Part shown: one piece after another, positions 57,728 to 64,000 of the stretch
How positions within the stretch are numbered: the stretch's first letter is position 1
Layout of the letters: each line of letters begins with the position of its first letter
IMG/VR virus record: IMGVR_UViG_3300042862_000198
Coordinates: 58,177 to 122,176 of that record
DNA from: a virus
Reading direction: 5' to 3' (one strand)
DNA length: 64,000 bases
Translations under genes and position numbers: made by a program
The notes under the pieces: generated by a model
Seen by the model: only the letters and a program-made list of their open reading frames with translations
Databases searched by the model: none
Told to the model about the DNA's origin: nothing

Positions 57728-58747
57728 TTACAATTTTAAATTACCAATTGCTAACTCATAAGGTAAGGTATAGTCTTTGTTTTCATAATGGTACTTTACA
57801 GTATCAATAATTTTTTCAAAGTTATCTTGCCAAAGAGTTAAACTTTCTTGTGAGACTTGAAAAGGATATACTTGGTTGTATTTATCTATTACAATAAATG
57901 TAACAATTATATTCCATTCAAGACTATCGGGTAAATCTTTTATAAACTTTTGAAAAACTAATTTTTCATATACAACAGCTTGCATCCAATACTTATAATA
58001 CTGAACTGATTCTGGAAAGTCTATTAAGTTTTTACCAGTTGTTTTAAGGTCATTAATAAATACAGTTTTAGACTCAGAGTCTATAACAACATTATCCAAT
58101 ATACCTTTAAAACCAAAAGATAAATTATCAACATCAATAGCTAATGGCAACTCATTATGCACAGTGATGTGAGTATCCTCTTTTGTTTTATCAAGTTGTA
58201 GTAAAGCCCTAACAGAACTGTTAAGTTTAAGTATCTCAACACTTACTTTGCAGCCGCTCAAAGTGTCTTGATCTACTATTGCTTTAGATAAACTTAATTT
58301 TAAAAATTCAAAGTATTCCTTGTGATCTGTTGTGAGAATTTTATCAAGCCTTTGCTGATCTGTTTTGAGAGATTGGTGTAAGTTAATTGTATAGAGCTCA
58401 GAAATAATCTCCTGAGAATAATCATCCAAAGATAATAAATTATTTTCTGATTTAAAATGGTATTTAAAAATATTATCAATAATTATTTTATTGTTTCCAC
58501 TTGGTAGTTTTCCAGGTAATAAAATAAATTTATCATCAAAGGTATCCGGTTCAAATAAAAGACAATGAAGGACACTCCCTGTTACCAGGTGAGCATCCTT
58601 ACTATCTTCCTTCTGCTTTAATACATAATGAGAATAAAACATTCTTGGTGAAAACAAAAGTTTATTTATACTGCTATAACTAAAATAAAAATCTTTTTTA
58701 TAAAAGTTATCTAGTTCATCAGAACCAGTCGATATCTGTAGATTCAT
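57728..58747 (-). CDS. PD-(D/E)XK exonuclease (RecE/ExoVIII-like)
   Basis: FSYSSINK...GSVLHC...ELPL...FKGILDNV...INDLKTTG...YWMQAVVY. Confidence 0.8.
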   Translation of the reverse strand: MNLQISTGSDELDNFYKKDFYFSYSSINKLLFSPRMFYSHYVLKQKEDSKDAHLVTGSVLHCLLFEPDTFDDKFILLPGKLPSGNNKIIIDNIFKYHFKSENNLLSLDDYSQEIISELYTINLHQSLKTDQQRLDKILTTDHKEYFEFLKLSLSKAIVDQDTLSGCKVSVEILKLNSSVRALLQLDKTKEDTHITVHNELPLAIDVDNLSFGFKGILDNVVIDSESKTVFINDLKTTGKNLIDFPESVQYYKYWMQAVVYEKLVFQKFIKDLPDSLEWNIIVTFIVIDKYNQVYPFQVSQESLTLWQDNFEKIIDTVKYHYENKDYTLPYELAIGNLKL

Positions 58748-59993
58748 TAGATTCTGTTTTAGATTCTGTTAATATTAGTAATTCTTTTTCCTCTTCAATT
58801 ATTATTTCAATTTCTATAGGTTCATTAACAATTTCATTTATTAATTCATCTTCTATAACTTCATCTAATTCTTCTTCTTCTAAGTTTTCAACAATTAAAG
58901 GCTCATAGTCTTTAATAACTTTATAATTATAATTTTCATTTAATAAACTTAAAGTATCTTCATTTACTGTTATTGTCTGCACTTTAAAGTAAGTTGAGTC
59001 TCCTCTATTATTTATTTCATGACCATAATTTTCAAGTAATATATCTACTTTATCCTTAGTTAAAACTTTTTTAGATATCAAAGATTCCATTATATCATCT
59101 AAACTAGTGTCAATATATCTATTACTTTTACCTAAATAACTTAATAAAGATTTAAAATTAACATGATTTTTAGTATGACAATTTCCTATTGAATATGCAT
59201 GATTTTTAAATATCATTTCAATATATAATAAACTTTCTTTATACTTAGAATTAGCCAGTATCTCCATAGCAAGAATATGATTATCATCATCTGAACTATT
59301 AAACATTGAAGTTAATTGTATAAACATATCAGCATCTATTATAACAGCATCATCTCCATTAAGTTGATCTAATAAACAAGATTCATCTATAATTTCTCTA
59401 TCTTTAAGACTATTAAAAATACTTAGATATTCTGTAGTTACATCATAAACATATTCAGAACTACTTTTTTTGTTATTTACATAATCTAAGTATGCTGGTT
59501 GTAAAGAATAACTATTAAATTGTGGACAATCAGTATCTGTAAAATTTCTTGCTGTAGACCAATCAGTTAAAATATATTCTTCTGTATAAAATTCTAATGC
59601 ATTATCTATTTTACTGAATTGATAATCATCCATATCATTTTTATATGTTTCAAAAAATAATTGTACAAGAGTTGTTGGAATTTTATATTTCCATGAAGAA
59701 CCTGTCATTTTATCTTTTGTTTTTGATGAACCAAATATTATAGTTGCTTCATTTATATCTCTTACTGTACGGATACCAAATTTAGTAGCCAAATCTTTAA
59801 GTTTTATTCTAGGAATATTAACCCCCGGTAAAAAATAAAGCTTATCTCCTTTCATAGGAATATATTCATTTTTAACAATATTAAAAGCATCAGTACTCGG
59901 GTCAAAATAATTTGTAGTTTCAATTCTTACATCAACATTATTTAATGTTGTATCTGAATATGTGTAGTCAAAATTTAAATATAAATATGCCAT
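58719..59993 (-). CDS. Hypothetical protein with possible BRCT-like N-terminal domain and acidic tail
   Basis: KLYFLPGVNIPRIKLKDLATKFGIRTVRDINEATIIF resembles the BRCT beta-alpha-beta start; E-rich C-terminus ending DIDWF. Confidence 0.6.
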   Translation of the reverse strand: MAYLYLNFDYTYSDTTLNNVDVRIETTNYFDPSTDAFNIVKNEYIPMKGDKLYFLPGVNIPRIKLKDLATKFGIRTVRDINEATIIFGSSKTKDKMTGSSWKYKIPTTLVQLFFETYKNDMDDYQFSKIDNALEFYTEEYILTDWSTARNFTDTDCPQFNSYSLQPAYLDYVNNKKSSSEYVYDVTTEYLSIFNSLKDREIIDESCLLDQLNGDDAVIIDADMFIQLTSMFNSSDDDNHILAMEILANSKYKESLLYIEMIFKNHAYSIGNCHTKNHVNFKSLLSYLGKSNRYIDTSLDDIMESLISKKVLTKDKVDILLENYGHEINNRGDSTYFKVQTITVNEDTLSLLNENYNYKVIKDYEPLIVENLEEEELDEVIEDELINEIVNEPIEIEIIIEEEKELLILTESKTESNESTDIDWF

Positions 59994-60007
59994 TTTGTTT
60001 TATATTA

Positions 60008-60035
60008 AATAAGGGAAGTATTACCCTCCCTTATT
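60008..60035 (-). terminator. Hairpin / probable terminator after the AAA ATPase
   Basis: Minus strand AATAAGGGAGG-GTAATA-CTTCCCTTATT; the U-tract is weak. Confidence 0.55.
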
Positions 60036-60051
60036 ATGATTAATAATTAAT

Positions 60052-61221
60052 TTATTTTACAGCCATTTTAACAACATCACTGTTCATCATCAACTTACTA
60101 AACTTAAGTTTATTGCCATTTACAATTTCTTTAATCATATAATATCTAAGGTCATCAGTAAATGCATTACAATCTGTAGTAAGTTTAATTAGTCTATTAG
60201 TAAATGCATCTGTAATTGTATTTTTCTCAGAATAAACTAATGAATAATTTATTACTCTGGTAGCAATAATACTAGACAAGTCTGCTCTAAAATCATCATC
60301 TTTACCTACAGCACCATCTAATGCTCCCATTACATATGCTTCATCTTTAGTTAAGATATCTTCCGGAGAAATAATCTTATCTAATTTATTATTAATAAAC
60401 ATAGTAAACATAGAACTAAAGTCTGGACCAACTGAACCTTCACCAATCATTTGGATTAAAGGTAATTCTTGTTCAAACTTAGAAATAGAACTAATAGCAT
60501 TAAAGAATGTAGTTACTGATCTTGGATTAATCTTTTGTGTGACTAATTCAGGATGCATTAACATAAAATTTATACATCTACCATCAATATTTGCGGTCTC
60601 AGCCCACTTAGCCCATACTTTTACATCATACTTAAGCTCACATGAGATAAATCTTGTTTTCTGAGCTACATCAAGACTAGTAACATTATAGTCACCATTG
60701 TCTGGATTAGTAGTTAAGATTACATGCCAGTTCTTAGGAAGTTTCCAAGAAACATATTCTTGTCTATCTAAGATCTCCATAGTAGCTTGCATAAATCTAT
60801 GGTCAGCTCTAGTATAATCATCTAATACCAAGAATCCACCTTCACCTTTGCCTTGAATCCATTCAGGAGCAGCATGAGACATTCTTTTTCCTGATACTTT
60901 ATAGCCTTTTGCAGTAGCTGCATTTATCTGAGATTCATTAATCCAGGTAGTTTTACCTTCAGCATTTTTTATTTCAAATTCTTTTACAGGAAAACCAACT
61001 AAATCACCTAATTCTTCTAACTGAGATAAATTAAGTTTTACTACTTGCATATCAAGTTCTTTACCCAACTGCATAATAGCAGAAGTTTTACCAAGACCTG
61101 CATCTCCTTCAATATTAATAGCTACAGGAACTTTACCTTCCTTTTGAATATGTTGGTTGTTACCAACCATGTGCTTAATAAACCCTTTTAATTCTTCAAC
61201 ATTTAATTGTACTTGACTCAT
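60052..61221 (-). CDS. MoxR-like AAA+ ATPase
   Basis: Walker A GDAGLGKT; GDLVGFP; Walker B LVLDDYTRA; ILTTNP; sensor NPRS. Confidence 0.85.
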   Translation of the reverse strand: MSQVQLNVEELKGFIKHMVGNNQHIQKEGKVPVAINIEGDAGLGKTSAIMQLGKELDMQVVKLNLSQLEELGDLVGFPVKEFEIKNAEGKTTWINESQINAATAKGYKVSGKRMSHAAPEWIQGKGEGGFLVLDDYTRADHRFMQATMEILDRQEYVSWKLPKNWHVILTTNPDNGDYNVTSLDVAQKTRFISCELKYDVKVWAKWAETANIDGRCINFMLMHPELVTQKINPRSVTTFFNAISSISKFEQELPLIQMIGEGSVGPDFSSMFTMFINNKLDKIISPEDILTKDEAYVMGALDGAVGKDDDFRADLSSIIATRVINYSLVYSEKNTITDAFTNRLIKLTTDCNAFTDDLRYYMIKEIVNGNKLKFSKLMMNSDVVKMAVK

Positions 61222-61230
61222 AATTTTCTT

Positions 61231-62418
61231 TTAAAGTTCTAATTTAATGACCTTACCTGGAAGATCTTCATTCATATAGGATTGTTCTGACAAAACCCAA
61301 AGAACATTTCCTTTTGGTGTTACAGATGTATTACATTCACCGTCAGTAAAATATACTAAACTTGTATATAAACCTTGATTTTCATTATAATAATTTAAGA
61401 CAGGATCAAACTCTGTTCCTCCTCTTCCTGATACAGTCATTTCTAATTTACCTTTGTAAGCTTCAATAGAATTGATTCTTGTATCACATTGTATAACTGT
61501 AATATCTACACCTGATTTATGTATATGGTGTATTTCATTCATAAACTCTTGTAGTTCATGATCACTTACTGAACCAGAAGTATCAATACCCAATAACATA
61601 TGCTGTTTCATCTTAATTTTAAGACCAGGATTTGCATCATATCTTTTATTTTCTTTTCTTCTAACTTTCTTAGTATAAACTTTAGTTGAAATTCCATTAA
61701 ATCTTCTGATATATCCTTTCCAATCAAACTTAGCAGCAACAACTTCTTCAAGTATAAGAACACCTTCTATTTCTCCAGGTACATTACCTCTCTTTTTAAG
61801 TGTGTCATCTTTTGCATCTGAGAGTATTTTCTGTACTTGTTTCTCAATAAGTTTTTGTTCAGCTTCTGTAAGATTTTCAAACTCATCCCAAGTACTATGG
61901 TCAGGCAGATCAGCACCATCACCAGCATCCATTTGATCACAAAGATCATCATATTTCTCATCACCACTTGTACCATTTGTATCTTTCTCATTCTTAGCTT
62001 CTTTAAGCTTATCATAATAATATCTACAACCTGCTTTAGTATTTAGATTTAAATCAGGATAATTATTAATATCAATACCACCAACTGGTAGTAAGTCATC
62101 ACTAATATATTGATTTATTTCCATATCCATAGCAATATTTGCTAATCTTCTATCACTAAATTTAAATACTGTAGTTAAGTGACCAAAAGCAATATGTAAA
62201 AGCTCATGTTTAAGTAAACCTAATCTATGATCTTCAGATAAATTTGTCCAAAAATCTTCATTTATTGCTAATTGGTAATTAATACCATTTTTACAAACAC
62301 CAGCAGTTGGTATTCTTTTATTCCAAATCTTATTTAGTTTAATGAGAAAGAACCCATAATAGGGCTCTTTCAACATTAAATCTTTTCCTGTTTTACTTAA
62401 AGTATCTTCTCTAGTCAT
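61231..62418 (-). CDS. Metallopeptidase-like + vWA domain protein (DUF2201-type)
   Basis: LKHELLHIAFGH...NIAMDMEINQ; MIDAS IDTSGS; GRGGTEF; YFTDG. Confidence 0.85.
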   Translation of the reverse strand: MTREDTLSKTGKDLMLKEPYYGFFLIKLNKIWNKRIPTAGVCKNGINYQLAINEDFWTNLSEDHRLGLLKHELLHIAFGHLTTVFKFSDRRLANIAMDMEINQYISDDLLPVGGIDINNYPDLNLNTKAGCRYYYDKLKEAKNEKDTNGTSGDEKYDDLCDQMDAGDGADLPDHSTWDEFENLTEAEQKLIEKQVQKILSDAKDDTLKKRGNVPGEIEGVLILEEVVAAKFDWKGYIRRFNGISTKVYTKKVRRKENKRYDANPGLKIKMKQHMLLGIDTSGSVSDHELQEFMNEIHHIHKSGVDITVIQCDTRINSIEAYKGKLEMTVSGRGGTEFDPVLNYYNENQGLYTSLVYFTDGECNTSVTPKGNVLWVLSEQSYMNEDLPGKVIKLEL

Positions 62419-62815
62419 TGTCTTTTAATTTTACATTTATTTCTAATTTATCTGTAGGATAACCCATATTATATAAATTATTAGAAAGTTGATTAGTAAA
62501 TAATTCTAAATATAATTCTATTGATTCTTCACTACATTTATTATCTATTAAAGCAGAAAATACTTTAGAAGAGGGTAATCTATAGTCTGTACTATTAAGT
62601 TTTAAAACATTTTTTATAAGTTTAAAAACTTTTTTACATTCTTTTTCCCATTCTTCAGCTGATGTTCTACCAAATTGATATAATACCAATAAGTCACCTA
62701 AATGTTTTTTATGAGCATAGTTATTAAGACAAGAAAAAGCAATTACAGCATTTTCTTTATCTTCAGAAAGTAACATATTCAATATGTTTTTAATTTCTTG
62801 TTTGTTTAAAATCAT
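62411..62815 (-). CDS. Hypothetical protein
   Basis: 134-aa ORF overlapping the vWA gene start by 8 nt. Confidence 0.7.
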   Translation of the reverse strand: MILNKQEIKNILNMLLSEDKENAVIAFSCLNNYAHKKHLGDLLVLYQFGRTSAEEWEKECKKVFKLIKNVLKLNSTDYRLPSSKVFSALIDNKCSEESIELYLELFTNQLSNNLYNMGYPTDKLEINVKLKDND

Positions 62816-62816
62816 A

Positions 62817-62939
62817 TTATTTATTTGTTAAAGTCCAAACTACATCTTGAATTTTTTCAACTATAGTATCTTTAAGCTCATCTGTAAGTGTTTGCAATTT
62901 TAAATTGTATATCCACTTATATAATTCTTCTTCTGTCAT
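62817..62939 (-). CDS. Small hypothetical protein (40 aa, absent from the ORF track)
   Basis: MTEEELYKWIYNLKLQTLTDELKDTIVEKIQDVVWTLTNK*; starts in a TAATG overlap and stops 1 nt before the next ATG. Confidence 0.7.
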   Translation of the reverse strand: MTEEELYKWIYNLKLQTLTDELKDTIVEKIQDVVWTLTNK

Positions 62940-63139
62940 TAGTCTTCTATTTTTAAATTTTCTTCATCTAAAGAATCTACTTCCCATAATGCACTATTTA
63001 AATACATCATAGTAATATGTGCAGGATTATCAGATTTAGTATAATCCATATCATAATTACTTTCTAAAAGTTTTATACCTTCATTAACTAAAGCTTCTAT
63101 TTTTTCTTTGATTTCTTTTACTTTTTTTTCTTGTGTCAT
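62939..63139 (-). CDS. Hypothetical protein
   Basis: 66 aa; stop/start overlaps at both ends. Confidence 0.7.
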   Translation of the reverse strand: MTQEKKVKEIKEKIEALVNEGIKLLESNYDMDYTKSDNPAHITMMYLNSALWEVDSLDEENLKIED

Positions 63140-63438
63140 CAGTCTTCTATTTTAAATAAGTGTATACCAAGTTTAAGATCTTTTATTAATTTTTCACTAA
63201 ACGGTTTTTTAATAGTAGGATGCATGCTTTTATTATCTAATACTAAACCATCTTTTCCATTCTCATCTTTAGTTACAAATGCTACATATATCTGATGACC
63301 ATTATATTTATCTTCAGTAAGTATATCATCTCTTTTGAATAATGAACTGTCAGGTATTTGATATACTCCTGTTACTTTTATATAACTACCTTCTTCTATT
63401 ACAGTATCTACTGTAAATATGTTGATTCTTTTTTCCAT
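63139..63438 (-). CDS. Hypothetical protein
   Basis: 99 aa; stop/start overlaps at both ends. Confidence 0.7.
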   Translation of the reverse strand: MEKRINIFTVDTVIEEGSYIKVTGVYQIPDSSLFKRDDILTEDKYNGHQIYVAFVTKDENGKDGLVLDNKSMHPTIKKPFSEKLIKDLKLGIHLFKIED

Positions 63439-63785
63439 TAGTCTTCTATTTTAAGTGTTTTAATTGCCCATTCTTTAGGTTTACCTGATGATATCATATC
63501 AACCCATTCTTTAGCAGTAGGAATGTAATTATTACAATCTTCTTTTACATGCTGTTCTCCAACATATCTAGTGTATACAGTTTTACCATCTGAATTTATA
63601 AATGAATTACCAAATACTTTTTCACATTCAAATATACCTTCACTATGATGTCTAAACATTCTGTGTTTACTGTGTCCTATCCAAGCCTTAGTTTCATCAA
63701 ACCACTCCTCAATAGCTAAATACTCTTCCCATTTTCCACCAAATCTTTTTGCTGCTGACTTAGCATGCTGTATTGGATGACTCAT
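63438..63785 (-). CDS. DUF6915-like His-rich phage protein
   Basis: MSHPIQHAKSAAKRFGG...HRMFRHHSEGIFECEKVFG...VGEQHVKED, recalled as the DUF6915 pattern. Confidence 0.65.
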   Translation of the reverse strand: MSHPIQHAKSAAKRFGGKWEEYLAIEEWFDETKAWIGHSKHRMFRHHSEGIFECEKVFGNSFINSDGKTVYTRYVGEQHVKEDCNNYIPTAKEWVDMISSGKPKEWAIKTLKIED

Positions 63786-63787
63786 TT

Positions 63788-64000
63788 TTAATTAGTTTTA
63801 AATGTTTTTAAATAAACTTTACTTACCCATTCTTTAAATTTATCAAGAGGTAAATTACTTTTAGCTCTATTACAAATTTTACAACAAGTAACTACATTAT
63901 CATTAAAATAACCTTTAGTTGAATCAACTCTGTCTACACCATTATATATTACAGGTATGCCAGATCTAATTTTACCAGTTTTAGGATTTTTTAATTGATA
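63788..64000 (-). CDS. HNH endonuclease, C-terminal part (truncated by window end; absent from the ORF track)
   Basis: ...YNGVDRVDSTKGYFNDNVVTCCKICNRAKSNL...KTN*, the DRxDxxxGY...N...C..CN..K signature. Confidence 0.8.
   Translation of the reverse strand, partial: YQLKNPKTGKIRSGIPVIYNGVDRVDSTKGYFNDNVVTCCKICNRAKSNLPLDKFKEWVSKVYLKTFKTN

Larger units (their letters stand above)
62937..63452 (-). repeat. Three 17-bp gene-junction repeats AAAATAGAAGACT(A/G)ATG
   Basis: Copies at 62937-62953, 63137-63153 and 63436-63452; each encodes KIED-stop overlapping the next ATG. Confidence 0.85.

Noticed and set aside
685-62046. Many 60-130-aa ORFs nested in or antisense to long genes (e.g. 15220-15531, 34866-35210, 41172-41525, 49087-49470, 54779-55168)
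   Set aside because: Shadow frames of AT-rich coding DNA; fully overlapped, compositionally biased and without motifs.
1-64000. Stop-codon reassignment as in some crAss-like phages
   Set aside because: ORFs up to 3728 aa are intact in the standard code, and TAG (53525-53527) and TGA (13152-13154) end genes at sensible boundaries.
1-64000. tRNA, rRNA, integrase or IS elements
   Set aside because: Intergenic spaces are short and show no cloverleaf; no recombinase or transposase motifs were seen.

Overview
AT-rich (about 30% GC by eye) phage DNA with no cellular housekeeping genes. Gene content and order fit a crAss-like (Crassvirales-type, phi14:2/crAss001-like) podovirus of a Bacteroidota host read in the standard code. 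The + strand (1-53527) is the late virion module: Cys-rich head/tail decoration and fibre proteins (including a trypsin-like protease fused to PKD and DUF285 repeats), an IHF/HU-like protein, tail ring/tubular proteins, a tail stabilisation (muzzle) protein, three cargo proteins punctuated by xxxGG motifs, and four large ejected proteins, one of which is a 3728-aa virion RNA polymerase (DYDVD motif). The - strand (53599-64000) is a replication/early module: DUF932-like protein, family B DNA polymerase, PD-(D/E)XK exonuclease, MoxR AAA+/vWA pair, small ORFs and a partial HNH nuclease. Top observations: (1) the three giant ejection proteins (7696 aa) contain only four Cys, all at termini facing each other across gene junctions, suggesting a head-to-tail linked cargo chain; (2) an AlkB-like 2OG-Fe(II) dioxygenase cassette bounded by exact 26-bp direct repeats at the RNAP C-terminus; (3) recurring xxxGG motifs in cargo proteins; (4) a candidate small structured RNA; (5) 17-bp gene-junction repeats. 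All family calls come from motifs recognised by eye; no searches were run.
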